The position numbers and the translations under genes were made by a program. Below the pieces are notes generated by a model. That model was not told the origin of the DNA and searched no databases. It was given only the letters and a program-made list of their open reading frames with translations. From NCBI RefSeq assembly GCF_009914755.1, contig NC_060932.1: a stretch of DNA of 64,000 nt, one strand, 5' to 3'. Below are positions 32,886 through 52,740 of this stretch, in pieces; position 1 is the stretch's first letter; each line of letters opens with the position of its first letter. Origin of the DNA: the human T2T-CHM13v2.0 reference genome, Homo sapiens.

Positions 32886-34956
32886 TTTTTTTTTTTTACA
32901 TCAATGTTTATTTTAAGTTCCGGGGTACATATGCGGGATGTGCAGGTTTGTTACATAGGTAAACGTGTGCCATGGTGATTTGCTGCACAGATCAACCCAT
33001 CACCTAGGTATTAAGCCAAGCATCCATTAGCTATTCTTCCTGATGCTGTCCCTTGCCCTGCAGCCCCGACAGGGCCCAGTGTGTGCTGTTCCCTCCCCGT
33101 ATGTCCATGTGTTCTCATCCTTCAGCTCCCACTTATAAGTGAGAACATGCAGTGTCTGGTTTTCTGTTCCTTTGTTAATTTCCTGAGGATAATGGCTTCC
33201 AGCTCCATTCATGTCCCTGCAAAGGACACGATCTCATTCCTTTTTATTGCTGCGTGGTATTCCAGGGTGTAAATGTACCACAGTTTCTTTATCCAGTCTA
33301 TCACTGATGGGCATTTGGATTGATTCCATGTCTTTGCTATTGTGAATAGTGCTACAATAAACATACATGTGCATGTATTTTTATAATACAATGAATTATA
33401 TTCCTTTAGGTATATATCTAGTAATGGGATTGCTGGGTCAAATGGTATTTCTGCTTCTAGATCTTTGAGGAATCACGACACTGTCTTCCACAATGGTTGG
33501 AGTAATTTACATCCCCACTAACAGTATAAAAGATTTCCTTTTTCTCTGCACCGCGACAGCATCTGTTGTTTCTTGACTTTTTAATAATCATCATTCTGAC
33601 TGGCATGAGATGGTATCTCATTATTGTTTTGATTTGCATATCTATCTCTAATGAGAAATTTCTCTAGAACTTTTTTTCATGTTGGTTGGCTGCATGAATG
33701 TCTTCTTTTGAGAAGTGTCTGTTCGTGTCCTTTGCCCACTTTTTAATGGGATTTTTTTTTCTTGTAAATTTGTTTAAGTTCCTAGTAGACTCTGGATGTT
33801 AGACCTTTTTCAGATTGATAGATTGCAAAAATTTTCTCCCATTCCGTAGGTTGTCTATTTACTCTGATGATAGTTTCTTTTGCTGTGAAGAAGCTCTTTA
33901 GTTTAATTAGATCTCATTTGTCAGTTTTTGCTTTTGTTGTAATTGCTTTTGGTGTTTTTGTCATGAAATCTTTGCCCATGCCTATATCCTGAATGGTATT
34001 GCCTAGGGTTTCTTCTAGGGTTTGTATTGCTTTGGGTTTTACATTTAAGTCTTTAATCCATCTTGAGTGAATTTTTGTATAAGGTATAAGGAGGGGTTCC
34101 AGTTTCAATTTTCTGCATATGGCTAGACAGTTCGTTCAGCAATATTTATTAAAGAGGGAATCATTTCCCCATTGCTTGTTTTTGTCAGGTATGTCGAAGA
34201 TCAGATGGTTGTAGGTATGCAGTCTTATTTATGAGTGTTTTATTCTGTTCCATTGGTCTATTTGTCTGTTTTTGTACCAGTACAACGCTGTTTTGTTTAC
34301 TGTAGCCTTGTAGTATACTTTGAAGTCAGGTAGGGTGATGCCCCCAGCTTTGTTCTTTTTGTTTAGGATTGACCTGGCTATACGGGCTCTTTTTTGGTTC
34401 CATATGAATTTTAAAATAGTTTTTTTCTAACTCCATGAAGAATGTCAATGGTAGTTAAATGGGAATAGCATTGAATCTATAAATTACTTTGGGCACTATG
34501 GCCATTTTCATGATATTAATTCTTCCTATCCATGAGCATGGAATGTTTTCCCATTTTTTTTGTGGGTCCTCTCTGATTTCCTTGAGCAACGGTTTGTCAT
34601 TCTCCTTGAAGAGGTCCTTCACTTCCTTTGTTAGGTGTATTCCTAAGTATTATACTCTGTTTGTAGCAATTATAAATGGGAGTTTATTCATGATTTGGCT
34701 CTCTGCATGTCTGTTGTTGATGTATAGGAATGCTAGCGATTTTTGCACATTGATTTTTGTATCCTGAGACTTTGCTGAAGTTACTTATCAGCTTAAGAAG
34801 CTTTTGGGCTGAGACAATGGGGTTTTCTAGATATAGGATCATGTCATCGGCAGATAAACATAATTTGACTTCCTCTCTTCCTATCTGAATACACTTTATT
34901 TCTTTCTTTTGCTTGATAACCATGGCCAGAACTTCCAATACTATGTTTAATAGGAG
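32886..34956 (-). mobile_element. 5'-truncated L1PA (older, roughly PA10-13)
   Basis: Poly-T, L1 3' UTR and ORF2 fragments in the ORF track ([46 protein letters not shown]). Confidence 0.92.
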
Positions 34957-35374
34957 GGGAGCCAGGATTTTAAAATTGTTCTTAAATCACAATAAAATTA
35001 TAGTTGCATGCAGGCACATGACAAAATGCCCCTAGCACAACTTCCACTGGTTCCCATGTGGTTAAAAAAATGTAAAATTACAGACTTGAAAGCTTGTTTT
35101 TTTCTCCAACATGTTTCTTCCTTATCAGTAGTCACTTCTTTTTATGTCCACAATCTAATTCCTTCTTTGTTTCTTACTAATCTTCTGGATATTAGAACAG
35201 GAATATCCATTTATTTTAAATCTTATTTTATCTCTTGGCTTTAAGTGTGGTTCTTGTAAACAACTGGCTAAGTTAAAATAATCCATTATGACAGTGTATG
35301 TCTTTTTATAGGGAAATGCAACTCATTTATTACATTTGCATTCACACTGGTACTTAAGCTTTATGTTTCACATA

Positions 35375-35826
35375 TATATTAGTCTGGGTTTTCCAGATAG
35401 AACCAGCAGGAATACACAAACACACACACCCCTCTCTGCCATAAGGAATTGACTGATGTGATTATGGAAGCTGAGAATTGCAAGATCTGCAGTTGTCAAA
35501 CTGGAGACCCAGGAGAGTCAATGGTGTAAGTTCCAGTCTGAGTCTGGTTGAGTACAAAGGGAGAAGAAGCCCATTGTCCCAGCTCAAAGTCAGTCAGGCA
35601 GAGAGAAAGAATTCTTTCTTACTCATCCTTTTATTCTATTCAGGTCTTCAATGGATTGGATGAGGCTCACCCACGATTGGGAGGACAATCTGTTTCTTCA
35701 GTCTATCAATTCAAATGTTAATCTTACCCAAAAACATCCTCGCAGACACATCCAGAAATAATGTTTAACCAAATAATTGGGCATCTCATGGCCCAGTCAA
35801 GTTGATATACAAAATTAACCATCACA
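35375..35826 (-). mobile_element. MLT2 3' LTR of an ERVL provirus
   Basis: Minus strand begins TGTGATGGTTAATTTT directly after a purine-rich tract gacaaggggcagact. Confidence 0.85.
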
Positions 35827-36856
35827 AGTCTGCCCCTTGTCAACCTGGGCACCCATATACATCTCCTCAAACCATGCTTATTTCCAAATAAATATAATAA
35901 CAAAGTGATAATTCTGCCTAAAAGGATACAGCTATCCTGCATACCAGCAGAAACACACTAACCCCTTCCCCAGAAGATGAGGTAAAATCCTAGAATGATG
36001 TTTACCCTTCTCCTGATATCTCATAACTTAAATACTATAATTGAAATACTTAACTACATTTAAATATTATGATATAAAGTTAATTCATGTTATGTTACAT
36101 AAGGGAATTAGAAAGGGGATAAAGCAAAGGTATTTGCATATATGTGTATATGTATGTTAATGCACACAAACATATTCATAGCAAGATAAGGAGGAGTACT
36201 CATAATTACAATCCCATTTCTGTAACTGATCACATGATTGTAGCTGGTATTTGTAACTACTTACAAATACCGCTACCCATTCTGTATTCCCTGTGCCTTC
36301 AGCAAGCACTTTGGCTGGTTGTGATTCTTTACCTGGTGGGGTGAACCAAGGCTTCATTCCTGAAGGGTCTGGGCCATTAGCAGTGCTGCCTGTATTGGGT
36401 TGTTGTAATTTTACATTGACCTTAATCACAGGGCATGGTCATACTAAAAGAAGCCCTAAGGTATCTCCTGTATTCCAGACATTTTCTCCCTTAGCTCTAT
36501 TGCGGAGTAGTAGTCCAAATTCCCTTTAGTAATCGGGATCAATCACTGTAGCCAGATCAGTAACTCCCCTTTTTGCCTATTGATTCAGAGGCAAGGAGAT
36601 CCCCAGTGGCCAGGCAGCAGTCTTTCACTCTGCAGTTTTCAAGTCCTTGATGGTGGCACCGTCTCTGCAGTCCCACCAGAGATGTGGTATTGTTTTTGAT
36701 TTACTATTTTCCTAGCTAAAGTCAGCTCTAATGGCTTCCATTTGGTCTTTCCCACAATAATAACCCTCACTACACAGGTTAGGGAACTAATGTGGGGATT
36801 CTGCCAACTGCTGAGTATATCTATTTCAATTACGCCTTCCAGAACAGAGGTACACC
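35827..36856 (-). mobile_element. ERVL internal remnant (pol C-terminus, then a jump to the protease/RT-start region)
   Basis: ORF 36157-36429 KLQQPN..NGPDPSGMKPWFTPPGK..AKVLAEG.GNTEWV resembles the HERV-L pol C-terminus. Confidence 0.8.
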
Positions 36857-38470
36857 TGATGGCAGCAGCAGCCTGTCTAGAGCAGCTGCTGCCATGACAC
36901 TGGCTGCAGCAGGGCAGGCCCAGCTAGGGCTGCATGCTCCATGGAGCCACAGGGACCCGGGAACAGGTGGAAGCCCCACCCCCTTCCAAGTTAGCAGGTG
37001 AGAGCACTGCCCTTCTTGGTGCAGCTGCAGCCTCTCAGCCATGGCTGCATACTGGGCATCCCTGTACTCTCTGGGGCCCAGGAAACCCCCCTTCCCCACA
37101 GGCTTAGAAGTGCCTGGTCCTGCTGCTTGGCCTCTCCCCGCTCCTGGTGCCAGCTCCAATTTTGGAGTAAAGTTCTGGCTGAGCCCTGGATGCTGTCTGA
37201 CCTGGCTAGGTGTGCACACACTTGGGGTGGCACTGACACGCCAGCCCCCTGCCGCCTCAGCCTTCTCCAGACGTTGATCACTAACGAGCTCAGGAGGGAG
37301 GCCAAGGGGGTGCTGACGGTGGGTGCGCACAGGCCTGCAGGTGCCCCTTGGCCCGAACAGCCTGGGTGTCATGGATGACGTGTAGATGGTGGCAGGAGGC
37401 AGGCAGGCTCCTGGGCGGAAGGAGGCAGGTCTCTGGTGAAGTCCCTTCAAGCCAGAGACCACCTGAATCATGGGGGTTGGGCTTTCAGTTCTGAGTGCAG
37501 TCTGCAGCCTGGAGTGAGAACTTATGGTGCTTCTTCTGGGCCCACCCATGGCTGCCCATGGACAAATCAGCTGCACTTCCTCCCTTCTGAACCCTATAAA
37601 AACCCTAGACTCAGTCATACTCACAGAGACAACATGATGACCTGCCTGCAGATAGAAGCTACCCACTCCAGGTCTCCTCTCTGCTGAGGGCTGCACATTG
37701 GTCAGGACCCTCCCTGTGGGTAGGAGCTACCCACTCTGGGTCTCCTCTCTGCTGAGAGCTGACACTCGTTGGGATGACTTGCCTGCAGATAGGAGCTATG
37801 CATTCCAGGTCCCCTGAGAGCTTTAATGTTGCTCAATAAAGAATCTCTTTGCTTTGCTTACCCTCCAGTTTTCTGCATCCCTCATTCTTCCTGGATGCAG
37901 GATAAGAACTTGGGACATGCCAAATGACAGGACTGAAAAAGCTGTAACACAAACAGGGCTGAAACACACCCCATCACTCGCCATGTTGCAGGTGACAAGA
38001 ATGAGAGAAGAGCTGCAGGACATCAAGGAGCCCAGACCTAGGAGCTCCTTGGGCCAGTATTGTGATACCCTCTTTGGGGCTCTGCAGTTCCTGGCATCTC
38101 CAAGCTTCTGGGCACCACCATGTTCCCTGGTGCCCACAGTGGAAGCCACTTGCAGTACGCTTGGTCCAACTGCAGCCTCGCATGGAGCCGGCACCTGTGC
38201 CAGTGCCTGGACCTGCCCACCTCACTGCAGCCGGCATGCCTGGCTGTGTGCAGTGGCCAGACCCCACGCTCACTCACACACCCCTTGCCACTCTGTGCCT
38301 GGCTCACCTTTGGCAGTCATGGAATCTGGGCTGGTAGCACAAGCCAAGTGCAGCCTGCCAGGCTGAGTGGGTGGAATGAGCCCAGTGGGCCTGAGCAAAA
38401 CTCGGGCAAAGGCACCACCAGCCACAGAGGTTTCTGGCTGGCGAAGCAACACCCCAAGGATCCTGTGACA
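36857..38470 (+). mobile_element. MER52-family solo LTR (ERV1), 1.6 kb
   Basis: TG...CA termini (tgatggcagcagc ... aaggatcctgtgaca), TATA ctataaaa near 37594, aataaa at 37835-37840, 4-bp TSD cacc/caac with one mismatch. Confidence 0.85.
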
Positions 38471-38945
38471 CAACCACAGCATGGGTTCAGTGACACACTG
38501 AGCCAACTGTGAGTTGGACTTGAGCTAAAACTCCATTGATCACTGGACCTAAGCCTATACTCTGACTGGTGGAGTATAGTGACATATTGGGTTACCTGAA
38601 ATTAGTGTCAGCTCAAAGCCAGTGTCTGGTAGTCTCTGGAAAGTCTAATTATTTCCTTTCCCTCATGCACAGTTACCCTGATAGAAGGCCATAGGTCTTT
38701 TTAGGGAAGGCTGGGAAAAAGATTAACAATATAAATTCTTGGCAGTGTCTGGGGTCCTTCTTCAAGGAGACTCAGCCTCTTCATTCAAGTGGTTCTGGGC
38801 CTGTACACTGGCTCTGTGAGTCTGGGAACTGACTGAAGGGTTGTGACTGTCTGTTTTTATAATTCAAGTTAGACTTTTATTCAGGTGACCTATAACTTTT
38901 TTGCTATCAGTTAAGAATTTAATAGCCTTCTTATTTCACTTCTAG
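38471..38945 (-). mobile_element. ERVL internal remnant (protease/gag region)
   Basis: Minus strand gacactggctttgagctgacactaatttcaggt encodes DTGFELTLISG, an aspartic protease DTG motif of ERVL type. Confidence 0.72.
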
Positions 38946-39109
38946 GTTTCGTGGGGAGATACTTTAATCTTATGTAAATAACCTGGTTTTCAACAACATA
39001 GTTTTGCCCCTTAGCTGGTATCCACTGATGATTCATAGTTGCCAATTCCTGGCTTTGCAATTTCATCATTCTTTCTACAATTATTAATTGGAATTCTACT
39101 TCAATACAT

Positions 39110-39305
39110 ATTTGTTTGTTTGTTTGTTTGTTTATTTATTTATTTATTTATTTATTGAGACAGAGTCTCACTCTGTCGCCCTGGCTGAAGGGCAGTGGCG
39201 TGATCTCAGCTCACTGCAACCTCCACCTCCCAGGTTCAAGTGATTCTCATGTCTCAGCCTCCTGAGTAGCTGGGATTACGTGCCCACATCCCTGTGCCCA
39301 GCTAA
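39110..39305 (-). mobile_element. Alu right arm with (TTTG)(TTTA) tail
   Basis: Reverse-complement right monomer. Confidence 0.85.
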
Positions 39306-39958
39306 CTGTTCATTTTATTTTTATAACCATGGCTTCATATATTCTTGTCTTATTCTACGGGTTATAATCCATTACCATCACTATTTATTTATTTTTGCCC
39401 AAGTGAAGCCAGTGGGTGCCCCTTGAAGTTGGCTTCTGTGTCCTTTTTCACATGTTCTCCCATCATTCTTTAAGGATTTCCTTACTTTCTAGTATAACAA
39501 TATGTTAGAGGATTGTCTTGTACTTTACTTTCCCCACTCCTAGAAGCAGCCCTGAATGTTTTAGTGGAGAATGGTACTTGGAAACCAAGATTTGGGTATT
39601 TAGTGTGCTCATTACTACTAGCTATCACTGCTTCTAAGCCTGCTCAGATGGCAGAGTTAGGAAATACATATATGCATGCGTGTGTGTGTGTATATATACA
39701 TATATCTCTATGTCACATATATACACACATTGCTTTTTTTAAAAAAAATAAGGTTTTTTTCTTTGTGGACAAAATATCCTTTCTTATACAGAATATTAAT
39801 GAGAAGATTTAAAAATTATTTTCTATTCCTCATTGCCTTTGTTTCATCTGCGCTTCCACTTTTCTTTTTTGCCATTTAAGTCTCTGTCTCCTTCATGTGG
39901 AATGTTGCCTGAAACATCCAGTGGTCACTGACTGATTTCATATTTAAGAGTGACGCAC

Positions 39959-40276
39959 AGCCGGGCATGATGGCCCATGCCTGTAATCTCAGCACTTTGG
40001 GAGGCCGAGGTGGGCGGTTCATGATGTCAAGAGATCGAGACCATCTTGGCCAACATGGTGAAACCCCGTCTCTACTAAAAATACAAAAATTAGCCGGGTG
40101 TGATGGCACATGCCAGTAGTCCCAGCTACTCAGGAGTCTCAGGTAGGAGAATTGCTTGAACCCTGGGAGGCAGAGGTTGCAGTGAGCTGAGATCGTGCCA
40201 CTGCACTCCAGCCTGGCAAAAAGGCTTTTTGAGCCTTTTCTATCTCAAAAAGAAAAAAAAAACAAAAAAGAAAAAA
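39959..40276 (+). mobile_element. Alu (Sc-like)
   Basis: TSD aagagtga(c/t)gcaca. Confidence 0.92.
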
Positions 40277-40419
40277 AGAGTGATGCACAAGGGATTATTC
40301 CCTACAATGCTGAAATAGTTTATTTAGACCCACCTTTCCATGAAAACAACTACAGATGTTGGGGGAATGTATAAAGAGAAAAATGACTTCTTAAAAGCAA
40401 CATAAATGGGAATATACAT

Positions 40420-41104
40420 TCACATAACCATTTTGGAGGGAAACTTGGAGAATCAACAAAACCACATATGCACTTACCTTTTGACTCAGCAATCCAACAT
40501 CTAGAATTTACCCTGAAGATACATTGCTAACAATGTGAAAATGCATATGCAGTTATTAATTGCAGCATTATTTGCAGTTGCAAAATATGTGAAACAATCT
40601 AAGTGGCCATACATAGGAGAGTGGTTAAATAAGCTATGCTACATCCACAGAAGATAAAATGATGCAGTAAAATAAATAACAAGGAAGAGTTCTATGGACT
40701 GACTTGAAGTGATTTCCAGGATATATTGTTACATGAAAAAGCAAAACATAGAACAATATATATCCCATAATACATCTTTTGTATAAAAAGTAGGGGAGGG
40801 GAATAAGAAAATATATATGTTTTGCTTATTTGTGAAAAAAAAAAAAAAAAAAGAAAGAAATTTAGGAAGAATAGACTGGAAACTAATGAGATTGCTTACC
40901 AAAGCTGATGGGTAAGATGTGGGGAGAAAATGTGAGAGTATGAGAATAGGATAAAAATGATGAAGAAGTGGCACTTCTTTGACATAGTTTAAAAATATAT
41001 TCTGAATGTTAGAACCATGTTAATGTTTCACATACTTAAAGAAAAGATACTTAAATAAAACATCAGCGAGGGCAGGGAATTAAAAAAAGTAGAACACAAA
41101 AATG
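40420..41104 (+). mobile_element. Old L1M 3' end (resumes at about 47300-47600 after the L1PA insertion)
   Basis: ttaccttttgactcagcaatcc, gcagcattatttgcagttgcaaaa, ggagagtggttaaataagctatg. Confidence 0.7.
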
Positions 41105-41120
41105 AACTCAGCTATATTTT

Positions 41121-47282
<6,162 letters not shown>

Positions 47283-47679
47283 AACCCAGCTATATTTTAA
47301 ACGGATAACATGACTAAACTGAAAGTGATGGGGGGTAACTGTGAACACAGTATTTTGACTACACGCCTTTGGGGTAAAGACCAAAAGAACTGTAAACAAG
47401 TACTATGCTGCTCTTGTGAGTAGATATGGGTTAGCAATTATGAAGTACTTTTATGTATATTATAAAATTGTGTAAGTAAGTAAATACATTGTGGATAATA
47501 AGAACCAGGAGAAGAGAGTTAATATTTAAAAAGGGGGAAGGTTAGACTGAACTCTGAGTTGTTGTATTAAAATTTGCTGATGCATAACTATGGACTGGTA
47601 GAGATATATCTATCTGTATGTATATATATCTCTATATCTATAGAGATAGATACACACACACATATATACACACTTTTCC

Positions 47680-48188
47680 TCATATATTCACAAGAAAACT
47701 TCAGATCAACATCTCTCATGAACACAGACATGAAAATCCCTAACAAAATATTAGCAAATAAAATCCAGTAGTCCATAAAAAAGGATAATACTGCGCAACG
47801 AAGTTGGGCTCATCTCAGGAATATAGGGCTGGTTCAGCATTCAAAATCAATCAGTGCAACTCACTATATGAGTAGACTAGATAAGAAAAAACATATCAGT
47901 GAATGAAGAACAAACATTCAACAAAATTCAACATCTACTCATAATTTTAAAAAACTCATACAAACTAGAAGTTGAAAGGAATTTCCTTAACTTAATAAAA
48001 GATGTTTATGAAAAACTTCCAACTAACATCATACTTCATGGCGAGAGACTGAATACTTTCCCTATAAAAATACAGAAAAAGGCAAAGGTGTTTTTAATTA
48101 ACACATTTACTTAACATCATCTTAGAAGTTCTAGCTAGTTCAATAAGGCAAGAAAAAGGAATAAAAGGCATATACAGCAGAAAGCAAG

Positions 48189-48230
<42 letters not shown>

Positions 48231-49529
48231 CTACCTGGAACTAATAAGTGAGTTTAGCAAGGTCACAGGATATAAGGTTAATATACAAAAGTCAATTTTA
48301 TTCTTATACATCACCAATAGAAACTGGAATCTGAAATTTAAAAAAATACCATTTACAATAACACTAAAGGAGTACTTAGATATAAGTCTTATAATATATG
48401 TGGGAGATTTGTATGTAGAAAACTATACAATACCAATGAAACAAAGAAGATCTAAATGACTGAAGAAAGATACTAAGTTCATGGATTGAAAGACTTAATA
48501 TTTGAAAGGTGTTCATGTTTCCCAAATTATATATGCAACACAACCCAAATAAAAATCCAAAGAAACTTTTTAATAGGTATCAATATGTAGATTCTAAAAT
48601 ATATACAATCTATGTAATGTACACAGAACCAAAGGAATAGCCAAGGCAACTCTTAAAAAGGAAAATATACTCGGAAGATGCATGTGTCCTGATTTCAAGA
48701 CTATTATAGTAATTATGATAGTGTGAGACTGGTGAAGTGATAAATACACACATCAATAGAACAGAATAGAAAAGCCAGAAATGAACAAGCGGTCCTAAAA
48801 CAAATGACCATCCATTTGCAAAAAAAAAAAAAAAAAAAACCCAAATCACACGAACCTCAAACCTAATATACTTTACATCTTATACAAAAATTAAATCATG
48901 GTCTACATGTAAAACATAACAATACACAACCTATAGAAAAAAATCTAGAATATCTTCATGACCTTAGGTTTGGTTATAAATTTTTAGATACAATTTCAAA
49001 AGCCCAATCCACAAAAGAAAAAAATACATAAATTGGACTTTACAAAAATGGAAAACTTTTGCTTTTTTTGATACTGTTGAAACAATGAAAAGACCAGCCA
49101 CAGACTGGGAGAAAATGTTTGTAAATCGTTTATCTGATAAAGCATTCATATCTAGAATGCATAAGGAATTCTTAAAACTCAACAATAAAAAAATCAACCT
49201 AATACAAAATTAATCCAATAAAAAATAGACAAAGGATCTGAACAGATATTTTACTAAAAATGTTTTATGCAGTTGGAAAATAAACATATAAAGGTTCTCA
49301 ACATCATTTGTTATTGGGAAATGTAAATTAAAACAACAATTAGCTAAAACCCCCTGAGACCAATATCAAAACAGCTTAAGAATGTGGGGCAACAGAAATT
49401 CTCATTCATTATTTATGGGAATAAAAAACTGGTACAGCCATTTTGGAAGACAGGATGAAAGTTTGTTATAAAGTTAATCATAGACTTATATGACCTAGGC
49501 ATCACACAGAATCTTTGCTACCTACAAAG

Positions 49530-49569
<40 letters not shown>

Positions 49570-49640
49570 CCTTCATTCCTATTGTATGTAAAGGCCATAA
49601 ACCCATAAAAACTGGGAACTTTTTCTGAGAATTAACAGAT
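47680..49640 (+). mobile_element. Old L1M ORF2 remnant with (CA)n tracts at 48191-48227 and 49533-49564
   Basis: ENFRSTSLMNTDMKIPNKILANKIQ in the ORF track; cacagactgggagaaaatgtttgtaaatc. Confidence 0.82.
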
Positions 49641-49952
49641 TCCATACGTTTTTCAGATGCAGATATTATAAACCAAGGCAAATAAAATTCACTTTCCAAG
49701 TGTATCACACTCCCGGGGCAACTAAATCTCAGATAGAACTTTGTAGTCTTACTGACTTGAAAAATCAGACAATAGAGTTTGGAGGGAAAACAGCAGCTGG
49801 AAAGTGAAGGAGGAGGTGAGAATCCCAGAAAGCAGAGAGACCCAGAACAGGAGGCAAATTCTGTATATAAACTTTGCCCACATTTCTGTCTGACTCTTGT
49901 ACCCATACAATGGGCAGACCCCAAGGGGCCAAATTTAGGCTAAAAGAATCTA

Positions 49953-50405
<453 letters not shown>

Positions 50406-50753
50406 TCACTGAATGAACACATAGGAAATCTCAATAGAGAAAGAGAAATGATAATAAAGAACGAAATAAAGATTATAGCACTTAATCCGCCATCAGAATA
50501 CATTTAATTAGATGGTCATCCAGAGTTATGGAAAATAATAATGCTAAAGTTTCCTTGCAAAATATTAGAGTGTGCCATGGGGTGTGTGTAGGTGGGGGTG
50601 GTAAATGGGTCCATTTGTGAGGAACAGGGTAGAGAAAAGGAGTAGGGAAGAATTAGTGTGTTATGGGGCGTTCTCAATGGAGGAAAATAGTTCGTATTTT
50701 CATCTACAAATAAAAGAAGAGTCATGTGTGATAAGAATTAAAAAGCAGGGGAA

Positions 50754-51065
50754 GGCCGGACGTGGTGGCTCACACCTGTAATCCCGGCACTTTGGGAGGC
50801 GGAGGCAGACTGATCACCTGAGGTCAGAAGTTCGAGACCAGCCTGGCCAACATGGCGAAACCCCGTCTCCACTAAAAATACAAAAAATTAGCCAGGCGTG
50901 ATGGCACTCACCTGTAATACCAGTTACTTGGGAGGCTGAGACAGGAGAATGGCTTGAACCCGGGAGGGGAAGGTTGCAGTGAGTGAGATCGCGCCACTGC
51001 ACTCCAGCCTGGGCAACAGAGCAAGACTCCATCTCAAAAACACAAAAACAAAACAAACAAAAAAT
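50754..51065 (+). mobile_element. Alu (S-like)
   Basis: TSD taaaaagcaggggaa. Confidence 0.92.
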
Positions 51066-51779
51066 AAAAAGCAGGGGAAAAGGGACTGTAGTGATTAAAG
51101 AGACTAAAACATACAAAGCAACATCAAAGTTAAAAAAGGGAAGAAGTGGAATGATTAACAACTCTATCAAACTCAGAAAAATAAGGTAAACGAAAAAGAG
51201 AAACCATCCTTAAAGTAATAAGCACAGAGTAAGAGGAATAAAATCAGTCTTAACTATGAATGAACTGAATAAACTCATTAAAGACAAAGAATGTTAGATT
51301 AGGTGAAAATTGAAAACCAATAGTAAACTATCACACACATAAAACTATCACACACATAAAATTAAAGCAAACAAATCTCACATCACAAATGATGGTGAGA
51401 TTTTTTGAGTGTCAGCTTGGTGAAGTCAGACTAGAAGGGCGACAGACATAAAAGGGAGTCTCCTTTCAGTGGAGATGAAAGACTCTCAGCATGCAAATCC
51501 TGTGGCAGCACAGGTGAGACTCTGCAGGGAATAGGCGATTTCCTGGCAATTCCAAGTCCCCAAATGGATCCAAGAACAACTGGAGCATTTGAAGTGAGCA
51601 ATTGCCTGAGTAAAGATGGGAAGGAGGAACTGCCCTGAGGAAGGGGCGCCTCAAGCACCATCCGCCTTTTATAGAGCAGGCTGAATTTCCCATAGTTAAG
51701 CTCTTCCAGAACGGCAAGAAAATCAGCCCCATCCTCCACCCTCCTCCCCGCCCAACCAGTCTTTCTAAAGCCAAAATAA

Positions 51780-52740
51780 CTTGAGTTCCAAAGGCTAATA
51801 AATTCAGTAAAAAGGAAACTAGGTACCGATTTCACATATTGATATGGAGTCAAATGTTTAAACAAAGTATTAGCATAGAGAATCCAGTAATGTGTCGACA
51901 ACAAGCAGATAGTTCCCAAAATGCCAACCTGTTTCAACAAAGATGAAAACACCAATAAACGAAAAGTAGAAAAACCTATGTGGACGCATCAACAGATGCT
52001 GAAAAGGCATTTCCTAGAAGTCGGCAGCCAAACTTGGTAATTCTTGCGTGTGATAAAGGCAGCCGTCTGTTCTGCTCAGAAGGGGTTTCCTAACAGGAGG
52101 GGCCGAATGCAGGCGTCACATCCACGCCGCCCCAGGTCGTACACCTAGGCCGTCCGGGCTGTCCCAGAGCCGCAGGCCCCGCATCATCCGCGTCCTTAGC
52201 GCGGGGCGCGGAGCCCGCAGCCAGGTGCGGCCGAGACCCGCGCGCCAGGGAAAGCGGCGCAGCGGACGCGGGAGAAGGCTGGTGGGTACAGGTTGCCTCC
52301 GGGCCGGAGCGCCCATGCAGGGCGAGCTGCGCTCCGCACAAAATTGCGGTGGGGGCGCCAGACCGCCTTGCTCCGCCCCTGAGCGGGGCGCCCCGGCCCA
52401 ACCCCCTGAGGGAGGAGGGTCCAGGTGCCGCAGACTCTTAGCCCCTGGCCCGGCGTCCGCCCGGCAGGTTCTGGCACTCCTCGTTGGTAAGCCCCGTTAT
52501 TTCGTGCGCAGTGTTTACAGAATATAAAGTTCTTCAGGAAACGATGTTATAGGAGAAACGCCTGGATTTTCCCCAAACTATCAGAGAGTATCTTAACTAT
52601 CAAAAAAAAAAAAATTCATTTCAGTTAACGTCGGGAATGAGACACCAATGCCTATCGCCATTGTATTTTCTTGGAGGTTTTAGTAAATGTAATAAAACAA
52701 GAACATGAAATAACTGGCATGGACACTAGAAAAATACTGT
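51780..52740 (+). mobile_element. Very old L1 ORF2 RT fossil split by a CpG island
   Basis: TDAEKAFPRSRQP at 51992-52030; SFQLTSGMRHQCLSP at 52616-52660; LEVLVNVIKQEHEITGM at 52671-52721. Confidence 0.65.
52085..52515. promoter_or_regulatory. CpG island about 3.4 kb downstream of the PLAG1 3' end
   Basis: Dense CpG/GC block with GC boxes (ctccgcccct near 52371). Confidence 0.85.

Noticed and set aside
35375-35826. DUX4-responsive MLT2 promoter
   Set aside because: I could not find an intact TAAYYYAATCA motif, and the LTR looks older than the DUX4-driven MLT2A1/A2 type
36830-37696. 288-aa minus-strand ORF and other ORFs at 37-38.5 kb
   Set aside because: They lie almost entirely within the GC-rich MER52 LTR and show no recognisable domain
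51325-51360. 17-bp direct duplication aaactatcacacacata, and a 12-bp repeat aggcagctctag near 27722-27753
   Set aside because: Ordinary slippage-sized duplications with no supporting context
52090-52527. Coding ORFs, or a PLAG1 autoregulatory site or CTCF site, in the downstream island
   Set aside because: The ORFs are GC noise; by eye I found only partial matches to GRGGC-N6-8-RGGK and the CTCF core
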